Shown here piece by piece: positions 21,201-29,219 of a stretch of 64,000 nucleotides of DNA. Within the stretch, counting starts at the first letter, position 1. Each line of letters opens with the position of its first letter. Origin of the DNA: Bacteroidota bacterium (GTDB lineage Bacteria > Bacteroidota > Ignavibacteria > UBA10030 > BY39); NCBI GenBank assembly GCA_030017895.1, contig JASEGV010000003.1, forward strand, positions 15,200-79,199, read 5' to 3'. Under the pieces are notes generated by a model. The model was not told the DNA's origin. It was given only the letters and a program-made list of their open reading frames with translations, and did no database searches. The position numbers and the translations under genes were made by a program.

Positions 21201-21266
21201 AACAATCCGGTCGATTCGATTGTAAAAAAAGATGCTGAAGATAGATTAAGGAGATTACGACGATGA
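18243..21266 (+). CDS. Large tetratricopeptide-repeat (TPR) periplasmic protein
   Basis: Signal peptide. Many A/Y/L-rich 34-aa TPR-like repeats (…AEAYLWRGEALYQAAKFEDAENAF…). YbgF/CpoB-like repeats throughout its 1007 aa. Confidence 0.8.
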   Translation: MKILSLLVIIAISLDFAFAQHPLLDQKSTQFSVIDEARQLNDAGLFQKAQWLLEDYLRALPQSENRIEALGLLVQSFIEQEKFEDAYQTSEELFHQKVSGNQYLTTLFYYGLAAYNSARFKPAVKSFKELIKSDSKNIFTGAAYYWKAASEYELDNLIDAESDVQNAFEFYNANFLTRKSIGKDDVLFLWARVYEKQNAINPAIEQLLKLTTDYPSSELMTDTRIRLAALYIRTQRYGSAIEQLNTVTTLTTKQKNAWLFFFAEAEYYIGSYRNAQKYYTELLRYFPFGVYARQARYGLAWSYLKANDYANALKEFRTISLGADSLAQNALYQIGTISVLTDSTAAAVEAFEKLIEKFPYDDYADNAYYLIGMIRYRATQFHEARRQFQIASRLFPKSEIRAEAYRMLGEASLRVGDLSNAQFAFAQVQKYSASDTLTAAALLQEGIALYHLGRFSSSVENFSEFIRKFTRHQLIAEAYLWRGEALYQAAKFEDAENAFSTAINILSSKHPKQTDALYGFSWSLFEQKKFRQAISAFDRFIKDNPNSNLVIEASLRKADCYFFLREYDKASQIYSSLVDDHKYPRLAEYAAFQLGLSFIQRGDIKRGIEHLRRFLLRFPNSLFVEVAQFNIGWAFFSNEQFTLANDEFSIFETNYPESQLMPRVLLNKGDAFYNLATYDSARIYYERVIKDYPKSLLRPDAINGLQFTYQAQGKSAEALAAIDAIISDQSEAGGTDELLLRKGDILFSQGSFGQAAIEYLKILNLQTNQTVRAKALFQLGRSFEFENNHKKAIEYFERVYTENPESEHAPSSILAIGYLQQKMKQWRESLTQFKNLAERYTNSNLIWEAQYNVGISLLNLKETANARKEFDKIIAQAPVNDFFAHRSRLQIARMLQIQKQYNASNDTLTIIITRLSDDIAVEALLLMGENYLLLKRPKDALEAFNQVVEGFAQYPALLERALLGTGECYERLNDRTKAREAYQQIINNPVDSIVKKDAEDRLRRLRR

Positions 21267-22870
21267 AGTATATAAATGTGTTGATAATTGTTTTGCTTTT
21301 TAGTTTGAATAATTTATTTTCTCAACAAGAAGATAAACCGAAAGAAATGCCAAAGCTTGATATTCCTGAAATTACGATCGTTGGAAAGAAAGCAGTCGTA
21401 TTACCATTTGCGCGGAAGGGAGAAATGTTAACTATCGACTACTTTGAAGCGAAAGATGCCGACACTTCAATTTTAGGTGAGAGAATTAGAGTACCGGTTA
21501 CAGCCGGAAGATTTGCACAATACAAAGAAAGTGTGCAACCGTGGCGGGCATACATCGAAGGTGCTGCCGGCAATTACTCAACTTTGAATCTATTTGGAAC
21601 TGCTGGCTATTCTGATATTTCATGGGAAGCATCGATCCGCGCTGGCTTTGGAACTACAAACGGTCATGTAAAAAATGCGGATGCTTCACAATTCCTGGTT
21701 GGTGGCGATTGGAGTTCCAGCATTTACACAGATAACAATTTTTTAAAAAGTTTCCGTATCGCTGCAAACACCGAATTTTTGAGAGATAAGTTTGGTATAT
21801 TCGGTTTTAAAAATTATTCAATTGAACGAACACGTCGTTTGTTTGATTTTAATACTCAAATAATTTCATCCGAATTTAAGCCCGTTTCGTTTAATCTTGG
21901 TCTTGGTTTGGCATCACTCACCATCAGCGATAATGCAAACGAGGCAAGTGTCTTTTCTCCCTCTGTTAATGCTTCAGCCGCTGCCGATGTAGCTTCAGTT
22001 GGCCTCATGAGTCGTTTTTCATTCGAGACCTCATCGTTGGATTATCAAATTCCTGTTGAGTCGCCGGGACTCTTGAATTTTTCTACTACCGCACAATTTA
22101 AGTTTTCTGAAAATATATCGGCGATAGCAGGATTAAAGTATGTTTACGGAGCTAATTCGGATGGGGGCGATCAAAAATTTTTATTTCCTGTTGCTATTTT
22201 ACGGTGGGATGCTTTCACAAATTTCTCTCTTTCAGCTTGGTTGGAACCCGATGTTTCGTCGGCTTCTTACATAAAACGTTCGATTGAAAATCCTTACCTC
22301 ATCCGGCAGATGGTTTTGCGGAACGAATTCAAACCGATTCATTTCGGGCTAAGCACAAAATATTCTTATGGGATATTTACAAACGATGCAACAATTTCTT
22401 TTGCAGAAGCTGACGATACTCAGTTTCCGTTTGTTCAAGATGGATTAGTAAATTTAAAATATACCGATACACGACAGTTCATATTCAAGTTTAATAGTTC
22501 GATGATAATTCAGCAGAATGCAAAAATATTTCTGAACGGGATAGTTCAATCAATCAATGAGCGTTCCACAAATGTGCGTCTGCCGATGATCCCGGGTTTA
22601 CAATTAAACAGTCGTGGCGAGATGAACCTAAATATTCCAATGAAAATTTGGCTATCGGCAGATTATTTTTCATCCCGTAAAATCGGAAGTGTGGGTTCTG
22701 ACGAATTACCCGGATATTTTTTATTGAACGCCGGGGTTTCATCGAATGTTTTCAAATCGACTGTTCTCTCGTTTGATGTTGAAAATATTTTAAATACTTC
22801 ATACGATTGGTGGTATGGCTACAAAGCACCCGGTATCAGGTTACGCCTAAAACTTCAATATTCTTTATAA
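21263..22870 (+). CDS. Outer-membrane beta-barrel protein, hypothetical
   Basis: Signal peptide (MKYINVLIIVLLFSLNNLFSQ). Alternating amphipathic strands. 4-nt overlap with the TPR gene. Confidence 0.5.
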   Translation: MKYINVLIIVLLFSLNNLFSQQEDKPKEMPKLDIPEITIVGKKAVVLPFARKGEMLTIDYFEAKDADTSILGERIRVPVTAGRFAQYKESVQPWRAYIEGAAGNYSTLNLFGTAGYSDISWEASIRAGFGTTNGHVKNADASQFLVGGDWSSSIYTDNNFLKSFRIAANTEFLRDKFGIFGFKNYSIERTRRLFDFNTQIISSEFKPVSFNLGLGLASLTISDNANEASVFSPSVNASAAADVASVGLMSRFSFETSSLDYQIPVESPGLLNFSTTAQFKFSENISAIAGLKYVYGANSDGGDQKFLFPVAILRWDAFTNFSLSAWLEPDVSSASYIKRSIENPYLIRQMVLRNEFKPIHFGLSTKYSYGIFTNDATISFAEADDTQFPFVQDGLVNLKYTDTRQFIFKFNSSMIIQQNAKIFLNGIVQSINERSTNVRLPMIPGLQLNSRGEMNLNIPMKIWLSADYFSSRKIGSVGSDELPGYFLLNAGVSSNVFKSTVLSFDVENILNTSYDWWYGYKAPGIRLRLKLQYSL

Positions 22871-22887
22871 ATGAAAGGATTTTTAAA

Positions 22888-23568
22888 ATGGATTTACTGA
22901 CGATGTTCTACAAAGGGGGTATTATGATGTACTTCATACTTCTCTTATCAATTGCCGCCGGTTATATTGTAATTGAAAGATACTTAACATTACGGCGTTC
23001 ACGTCCGTCATCCGGTAGATTCGAGATGAGTTTGAGAATGATGTTGGGGAAGAAGGATTTAGACCATGCAAAAGAATTTGCAATACAAGATCGCTCGCCA
23101 TCGGGAAGAGTTGTACTCGCGGCACTCGAAAAAGTTCATCACAATCCCGGACGAGTCCGCGAAGCAATCGAAGACCAGGGTCGTGAAGAAATCGCACAAC
23201 TCGAAAAACATTTAGGAATACTTGCCTCGGTCGCTGGTATAGCGCCAATGTTAGGTTTTTTAGGTACCGTTTTAGGTATGATAACAACTTTCCAGGCGGT
23301 TGCAGCAACAGGCGGTCAGGCATCACCCGTTGAATTAGCCGATGGTATTTGGGAAGCTCTTATAACAACCGCATTTGGTTTATTCGTTGGAATACTCGCT
23401 TATGGTGCTTATAACTGGCTCGTCGCTAAAACTCAAGAAATTGCAATGCGAATGGAACGAGTCGGTCGCGAAATTCTTGATGTTATCGAAGAAGAATTGC
23501 ACGTTTCTGTAAATCCAACAAGCTGTGATATAAAAATCAGGACAAAACAAACGGAGGTAATAAAATGA
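22888..23568 (+). CDS. exbB: MotA/TolQ/ExbB family proton-channel protein
   Basis: Three TM segments and the conserved GIAPMLGFLGTVLGMITTFQAV...TTAFGLFVGILAYGAYNWL motif region. The start was chosen at the ATG at 22888 rather than the overlapping 22807 ORF start. Confidence 0.8.
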   Translation: MDLLTMFYKGGIMMYFILLLSIAAGYIVIERYLTLRRSRPSSGRFEMSLRMMLGKKDLDHAKEFAIQDRSPSGRVVLAALEKVHHNPGRVREAIEDQGREEIAQLEKHLGILASVAGIAPMLGFLGTVLGMITTFQAVAATGGQASPVELADGIWEALITTAFGLFVGILAYGAYNWLVAKTQEIAMRMERVGREILDVIEEELHVSVNPTSCDIKIRTKQTEVIK

Positions 23569-23966
23569 ACTTTCAATTTCAAGGACATAAAAAATATTTG
23601 AGCGTGTTTCATTTTTCTTCGCTGACTGATATAGTTTTATTGCTCCTTATTTTTTTTCTATTGACTTCAACTTACACTGTGCTGCGGGGAATGGATGTTA
23701 CACTTCCGGCTGCAACAAGCTCGCAACCTCCACAACGGAAAACCATATCTATAGCCATGACTAAGGATAAAAAATTGTTCGTCGAAAATAAGCAGGTAAC
23801 CAAAGACCAATTAGCTGATGCGTTGAAAGCTGTCTTCACACAGGATCATCAAATTGTAATTCAAGCCGATAAAAGCTTAGTGCTTGAAGAAGTGGTTGAA
23901 GTTTTGGATATTTCTAAAGGAATCGGTGCAACCCGATTATTTATAGCAACAGAGTCTGCGAAATAA
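23565..23966 (+). CDS. exbD: ExbD/TolR biopolymer transport protein
   Basis: N-terminal TM segment (LTDIVLLLLIFFLLTSTY), periplasmic domain ~130 aa. Overlaps exbB. Confidence 0.8.
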   Translation: MNFQFQGHKKYLSVFHFSSLTDIVLLLLIFFLLTSTYTVLRGMDVTLPAATSSQPPQRKTISIAMTKDKKLFVENKQVTKDQLADALKAVFTQDHQIVIQADKSLVLEEVVEVLDISKGIGATRLFIATESAK

Positions 23967-23968
23967 AA

Positions 23969-24682
23969 TTGGCAAACGGTGTAAAAATATTGGAACTTGA
24001 CGAGAAGCAAACGAAAATTGCTTCCTTAACCGGTACATTGCTGTTCCACATCTTGTTTTTTATAATTTTAGCACTGTTTGGCTTTAAAGAACAAAAGCCG
24101 CTTGAGTTGGTTGAACTTGAGTGGGGAAGCAGTAGCGGTGCACCAAATCAAAGTACAGTTGAAGAGAAGACAGAAACACCCCAGCAAAAAACCGAACAAC
24201 CGGTTGAGTCGGGTCAAAAAGCTGAAAAACCGAAAGTTGATTTACCTGCGATGAAGAGTGAATCGGAAGAAGCGATAGCATTGAAGGCAAAGAAGCAACG
24301 CGAGATAGCGGAGAAACGCCGTACAGAAACTGAAAAGCCAACAAAAGCTAAAGTTCCGAAAGTTGATCGCTCGGCAGCAGCAGGCGCCGGAAAAACAACC
24401 GGTTACTCAATCGAATGGTCGGGAGTTGGTTTCCGAAAACTTTTAAGCGGACGAATGCCTGTCTATCCCGAAGGGACTGATAAAGAAATGCCGGTTGCTT
24501 TGCAGTTTACAGTTTTACCCGATGGCACTGTAACCGGAATAGTTCCGCTTCGTAGAAGCGATGAAACGTTGGAACGTGAAGCTATTTCGGCTCTTCGAAC
24601 CTGGCGATTCGATCCACTTCCGGCTCAATACGATCAAGTTCCACAAACCGGTAAAATAACATTTATTTTTAAGTTGGAATAA
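23969..24682 (+). CDS. tonB: TonB-family energy transducer
   Basis: TTG start. TM anchor, Pro/Lys/Glu-rich linker (KTETPQQKTEQPVESGQKAEKPKVDLP), and a TonB C-terminal domain (LQFTVLPDGTVTGIVPLRRSDE...ALRTWRFDP). Confidence 0.65.
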   Translation: MANGVKILELDEKQTKIASLTGTLLFHILFFIILALFGFKEQKPLELVELEWGSSSGAPNQSTVEEKTETPQQKTEQPVESGQKAEKPKVDLPAMKSESEEAIALKAKKQREIAEKRRTETEKPTKAKVPKVDRSAAAGAGKTTGYSIEWSGVGFRKLLSGRMPVYPEGTDKEMPVALQFTVLPDGTVTGIVPLRRSDETLEREAISALRTWRFDPLPAQYDQVPQTGKITFIFKLE

Positions 24683-24713
24683 TAATCTTATAAACATAAA
24701 AAGGAATAATTAA

Positions 24714-26597
24714 ATGAATCAAAAAACAAAATCAAGTTTCAAATTAATTGCGTTACTTTTAATTTTTACACTAACATTATCGCTAAACATTTTTGCCCAA
24801 GACGAGGGTATCCGTCCACACTGGTGGTTTGGTGCAGGTCTGGGCTTGAACTATAACATTTATAGTTCAGATATTACAAAACTTAATGAATTGCAAGCAT
24901 CACCATCAGCTTTTACAAAAGGCTCAGGCGCCGGTTTATACATTGGTGGCTTGATCGAGTATCGCCCGACTGTAATGTGGGGTGGTTTCCTGAATTTAGG
25001 TTACGATGGCAGAGGTGCCGATTTTAACGAAGTAAATTCCGGCGGTGCAAATAAACTTTCTGCATCGTTAAATTATATTTCGATTGAACCGAATCTTCGT
25101 TTCAATCCAGCCGGCGAAGGATTCTATTTATTTTTAGGACCTAAACTTGGTTTTAATGTTTCAAAATCGTTTGAATATCAAACACCAACAGAAAATAATA
25201 AAGGAGATTTCAGCAGTGTGCGAGGAACATTGTTCGGCGGACAGATAGGCGTCGGTTATGATATTCCATTAACTTCAAAAGAAAAAGAATGGCAGGTTGA
25301 ATTATCGCCAAGTATCGGAGTTCATTTCGGACAAGGTGTCCGTACAATTGAAAAATGGAATTTAACAACTATTCGTTTTGGTGCAGCAATTAAATTCGGA
25401 AGCATGACAATTCCACGTCAACGTGCCGAACAGGATGTAACTTTCTCGGTTCGTTCACCCCAAATAGTTCCGAAAGCCCGCAGCGTAGCTGAAACATTCC
25501 CGATTCGAAATTTTGTTTTCTTCGATGATGGCTCGACAAAAATTCCAAAACGTTATATTCAATTAAGTTCTGATGCTGCAAATAATTTTAGAGAAGAACA
25601 TTTATTCGAGCCGAAGCCGCAACAAGCGGCGGGGCGTTCAGCACGACAAATGGAAGTTTATTATAATGTGTTGAACGTTTTAGGCGACCGGATGCGAAAA
25701 TATCCAAATACAGAAATCGCCCTTTATGGTGCATCCAAAAAAGGAAATGAAACAGGTTTGGATATGGCAAAATCATTAAAAAATTATTTGGTAGATATAT
25801 TTGGAATCGATGCAAAACGGATTGGAATTCTTGGACAAACGAAACCTGAAATACCTTCGCATCAACCTGGTGGAACACGCGAATTAAATTTAGTAACCGC
25901 TGAAGATAATCGCGTTGATATTACTTCAAAATATTTAGAATTGCTTCTACCCGTAAAAATTATGGCGTTGCAGGAAGACCCAATTGATGCCGATGTGTTG
26001 TTCACTGTTGCAGGTTCCGAAAATATATTAGCTTCTTGGAGCATAGAAGTAACCGACAACAGAGGCAAAGTGAAAAATTTTGGACCTTTCAAAGCAAACC
26101 AGGAAAGAATCAGCGGCAATGCAATATTAGGTGATGCTGAAGAAGGTGATTACAAAATCGTTATGATTGGTCAGGCAAAAAACGGTGCATCAATTACCAA
26201 AGAGCAAAGAATTCGACTTGCCCGTTCCGAAGGTCCACAGGATCAAACCGGACTCCGTTTCAGTATATTATTTGAGTTCGACCAATCAAAAACTGTTGCA
26301 ACGTATGATAAGTTTTTAACTGAAACAGTTGTTCCTAAAATTCCGTCTGGGTCAAATGTAGTAATTCACGGTCATACTGATTTAATCGGTGAAGAGAGCC
26401 ACAATCTTACTTTATCGCGTAACCGTGCAAGCGATGCGATGAATGTAATTCAGCGTGAGTTAAACAAAGCCGGCAAAAAGAATGTAAAATTCGATACTTA
26501 TGGTTTTGGCGAAGATGTTCGTCGTTCACCGTTCGAAAATAATTTACCCGAAGAACGGTTTTATAATCGCACTGTTATTATTGATATCGTTCCATAA
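24714..26597 (+). CDS. OmpA-family outer-membrane protein (N-terminal barrel, tandem OmpA-like C-terminal domains)
   Basis: Signal peptide. N-terminal beta-barrel-like region. The C-terminal VVIHGHTDLIGEESHNLTLSRNRASDAMNVI matches the OmpA/MotB peptidoglycan-binding motif. A more degenerate OmpA-like domain lies upstream of it. Confidence 0.75.
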   Translation: MNQKTKSSFKLIALLLIFTLTLSLNIFAQDEGIRPHWWFGAGLGLNYNIYSSDITKLNELQASPSAFTKGSGAGLYIGGLIEYRPTVMWGGFLNLGYDGRGADFNEVNSGGANKLSASLNYISIEPNLRFNPAGEGFYLFLGPKLGFNVSKSFEYQTPTENNKGDFSSVRGTLFGGQIGVGYDIPLTSKEKEWQVELSPSIGVHFGQGVRTIEKWNLTTIRFGAAIKFGSMTIPRQRAEQDVTFSVRSPQIVPKARSVAETFPIRNFVFFDDGSTKIPKRYIQLSSDAANNFREEHLFEPKPQQAAGRSARQMEVYYNVLNVLGDRMRKYPNTEIALYGASKKGNETGLDMAKSLKNYLVDIFGIDAKRIGILGQTKPEIPSHQPGGTRELNLVTAEDNRVDITSKYLELLLPVKIMALQEDPIDADVLFTVAGSENILASWSIEVTDNRGKVKNFGPFKANQERISGNAILGDAEEGDYKIVMIGQAKNGASITKEQRIRLARSEGPQDQTGLRFSILFEFDQSKTVATYDKFLTETVVPKIPSGSNVVIHGHTDLIGEESHNLTLSRNRASDAMNVIQRELNKAGKKNVKFDTYGFGEDVRRSPFENNLPEERFYNRTVIIDIVP

Positions 26598-26642
26598 AAC
26601 GTTTTTTTAATGTTTAAACAATAATTTTTACGGTCATTGCGG

Positions 26643-26682
26643 GCACACCGAAGCCTGCCGTGCGGGCAAGTTTCGGTGTGTC
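26643..26682. terminator. GC-rich hairpin between convergent genes (candidate bidirectional terminator)
   Basis: CACACCGAA...TTCGGTGTG 9-bp stem enclosing tgcc/ggca. Sits in an otherwise AT-rich spacer. Flanking T/A runs are weak. Confidence 0.3.
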
Positions 26683-26689
26683 TTTCATA

Positions 26690-26881
26690 TTAGTACGAAG
26701 GTCTCGGATATTGAGCTTGTTGGTAGATGAAAATGAGCTGAAATAAGCATTCGGCAAGTTCACGCAGATGGAAAATTTTACTTTTTGGATAACCTATTAT
26801 CGCAATTACCATTTGAAAGACATCCTGAAAAATCTTATCAAGAAAGGGAGAAGAAGGTTTATTTGTACGTAACTCCATCAT
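26690..26881 (-). CDS. Small hypothetical ORF (63 aa), possibly a gene fragment
   Basis: Only ORF of any size in the 540-bp gap. No recognisable motif. Confidence 0.15.
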   Translation of the reverse strand: MMELRTNKPSSPFLDKIFQDVFQMVIAIIGYPKSKIFHLRELAECLFQLIFIYQQAQYPRPSY

Positions 26882-26987
26882 TGATAGTATGCGGGAATTA
26901 CTTGCCTAACAGAAAATGAGATATTTCAAGTTACATATTGGAATTCTGCCTTCTTTAAATTATCCCTAAAAATTCATTAGGAAAAAG

Positions 26988-27058
26988 TTTAACCCGTTAG
27001 ATATTAACAATTTTTTGATATAATTAACCTTACTAAGAAAATTATCTAACGGGTTTAA
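26988..27058. promoter_or_regulatory. Inverted repeat (13 bp perfect, 16 bp with one mismatch) separated by ~40 bp. Candidate terminator or operator downstream of the minus-strand metal-protein operon
   Basis: AACCCGTTAGATA (26991-27003) versus TATCTAACGGGTT (27043-27055). On the minus strand the 3' arm is followed by AACTTTTTCC. Confidence 0.35.
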
Positions 27059-27142
27059 TAGAAACTAATCTCTCATAATAAGTTTTCTGGGTTAAACATT
27101 GGCGTAGTTTTTCGGTTAAGTTTTGGATTTCGTATTTCGAAA

Positions 27143-27509
27143 TCATTTACCATCTTTGCAACAACCGGGTAATGCGTCGTATGTTTCACGGTTGCGCGGT
27201 GTATCGTTTGCATCGTAACCTGCATCCGAAATTGTTTTTTCGAGTGAGGCAATTTCTAATTTTGCTTTATCGAATTTTACAGTTGTAGTTTTCTTTTCCT
27301 GATCAACTTCTACGTTTTCGATTCCGTCAACACCTGAGACCACTTTTTCGATTGTGCTAACACACACCGCACATAATTGATGGTCTGCTGATGGTTGTAG
27401 TTTCGAGATTTACGGCTACTGATTGTTCGCCGCCTGGGGCGGCTTGTTTCTGCCCGCAGTCAGCCAACAAGCTGATCAACAATACCGAAAGAACAATATA
27501 TTGATACAT
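27143..27509 (-). pseudogene. Secreted/lipid-anchored heavy-metal-associated (HMA, CopZ-like) metallochaperone gene, interrupted by a frameshift in a (GT)n tract
   Basis: One frame (27509→27357) encodes MYQYIVLSVLLISLLADCGQK...ETTTISRPSIMCGVC then a stop. The frame offset by one continues ...VSTIEKVVSGVDGIENVEVDQEKKTTTVKFDKAKLEIASLEKTISDAGY (HMA fold) to 27143. Both frames read a CxxC motif across the ggtgtgtgtt run. Adding one GT unit restores a continuous ~120-aa signal-peptide+HMA protein. Confidence 0.6.
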
Positions 27510-27520
27510 TTATTAATTCC

Positions 27521-27937
27521 TCAACTTTTCTTTGTGTCTTTAGTTTCAGTTTTATCTGGGCATTCGTGTTTGCCATCTTTCGATTTATCGTCGCATTTCT
27601 TCACACCTGTTTTCTGGCAGCAGTCGTCGCCCTTGTCGCATTCTTTTTTCGCATCTTTGGCTTCCTTGCTTGTGCGATCCGATTTTTTCCCATCTACTTG
27701 AGCTTCTTTGCGCATACAATCTGAGCCGGCTTCATGTTTGTGTGTTGCATCTTTTGATGTGCAATCTGATTTTTTGGCTTCTACTTTAGCTTCAGTCTTT
27801 GCAGCTTTATCACTTGGGCAGCAGGATTTTTGTTTTTCTTTTGCTGCATCGGTTTTCTTTGTTTCAGTTTGTGAGAATAGTATTGAACCTGATACTAATA
27901 TTATCACTAACAGGACCAACAGATTACGTAATTTCAT
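27521..27937 (-). CDS. Secreted Cys/Lys/His-rich low-complexity repeat protein (putative metal-binding)
   Basis: Signal peptide. 9 Cys including CC pairs (KSCCPSDK, DDCCQK). Internal repeat KKSD(C/R)TSK(D/E)A. His in THKHEAG and GKHEC. Immediately upstream of and co-directional with the HMA gene. Confidence 0.6.
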   Translation of the reverse strand: MKLRNLLVLLVIILVSGSILFSQTETKKTDAAKEKQKSCCPSDKAAKTEAKVEAKKSDCTSKDATHKHEAGSDCMRKEAQVDGKKSDRTSKEAKDAKKECDKGDDCCQKTGVKKCDDKSKDGKHECPDKTETKDTKKS

Positions 27938-28081
27938 TTGTTACTCCTTTATTTTTGTTTTAGTAAGTTATTGGTTGTTACTTTTTAGTTCTGGTTTTTT
28001 AGTCCATAGTGTCTTGTCCTGAAAAAAGTTGACAAGGTTAATAATGATTTTCTTTCTTTTGTTGATATGTTGATAACTTCA

Positions 28082-28582
28082 TTATGCAACATACTTAAAC
28101 GACGGAGTTATATATCCGATACTCATATATGGTCTAAGATCATTATACAAAGTCACTGCTTCCTTAACAGCACGCATGGTTTGTTGAACACTGATAAAAG
28201 CCATATTCAGAAAAAATTCGGTTTTCAAAATACCATTCACTCTCTCAGCGATAGCGTTCTCATACGGATTGCCTGCTTTACCCATACTGAGCTTCGCATC
28301 TCGTGGCTCAAGCAGTTGTACATATTTATCAGAACAATATTGAAAACCACGATCCGAATGATGTATCAGTCCTTCAACAGTTGGAAGGTTATTCAATGCC
28401 ATCTTGAGCGCACAGATTGCTCCATCAGCAGCAAGACTTTTACTGAGATTATATCCAACTATTTTACGCGAATACACATCGGTAACCAAAAACAAATAAC
28501 AAAATCCATCGCTCAATCGAAGATACGTAATATCAGAAACAAATACTTCGTTCGGTCGAGTAACTGTAATATCCTTTATCAA
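28082..28582 (-). pseudogene. IS3-family transposase OrfB fragment (integrase catalytic core, rve domain). N-terminal portion missing or frameshifted
   Basis: DDE triad context: VFVSDITYL, HHSDRGFQYCS, NPYENAIAERVNGILKTEF. Only 166 aa, against ~280 aa for an intact OrfB. The upstream 230 bp is in broken frames. Confidence 0.8.
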
Positions 28583-28815
28583 ATCGTTATGGTGTATCGT
28601 TTAGTCGGCTGTACCAAAAGCCCGTTATTACGTAATATATCAAAGAATTTATCTCTACCGGGTTTCGATGGCAAACGATTTAAATCATTCTGTATCATGT
28701 GGTATCTCCTTTACCATCTGGACAATTATCTCTTCTTCGAGTTCTTATTCAACACGATGTTTTCTGTACTTGTAAAATGCTTGTCGGGTTATCTTGAGCA
28801 TATGACACACTACTG

Positions 28816-29219
28816 TTACTGTATATTTTCCTTCGTGAAATCGATTGTCTCGGATGCTGCATTCAACGATATTGTGTCGGTCCTTTTTTTTAATTTAGTA
28901 TCTGCTTTTTCTTCCAAAACTTCGATAGTTGATTCTAATGTAATGATTTTCAACTGTGCCTGTGCTAAAGCAGATTCAAGTTCTCTTTTCTGCCTCTCTA
29001 ATTCTTTGATTTTATCTTTTTCGTCTTTCATTTGTATCGGATAACTTTGTTGAGTAAATGTGTTTTACCAAGTTTTTGTAACCATGTCTGTATAGTTGCG
29101 CCGCCAAGTATATCATACACTGCCCTGGCTTCTGATATAGTAAATGCTTGACTGTATCTATGACATATCCTTTGTTTATACATCTGTCTTGTCCTTTCTT
29201 TTATCGTTTTTTGTGTCAA
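28816..29219 (-). pseudogene. IS3-family transposase OrfA, split into two frames (HTH part 29219-29028, leucine-zipper part 29031-28816)
   Basis: HTH-like ISEARAVYDILGGATIQTWLQKLGK. Coiled-coil KELERQKRELESALAQAQLKIITLESTIEVLEE. The two parts are in different frames with a 4-nt overlap. Confidence 0.55.

Noticed and set aside
28028-28034. TTGACA hexamer inside the IS left inverted repeat as an outward promoter for the metal operon
   Set aside because: The hexamer faces into the element, not outward toward 27937. In addition, FCB-group promoters use a different consensus (TTG at about -33 and TAnnTTTG at about -7). This is not a supportable promoter call.
28067-29044. 325-aa plus-strand ORF spanning the IS element
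   Set aside because: It lies antisense to the recognisable IS3 OrfA/OrfB fragments. It is low-complexity and Ile/Ser/Phe-rich, as expected from reading AT-rich transposase DNA backwards. No motifs.
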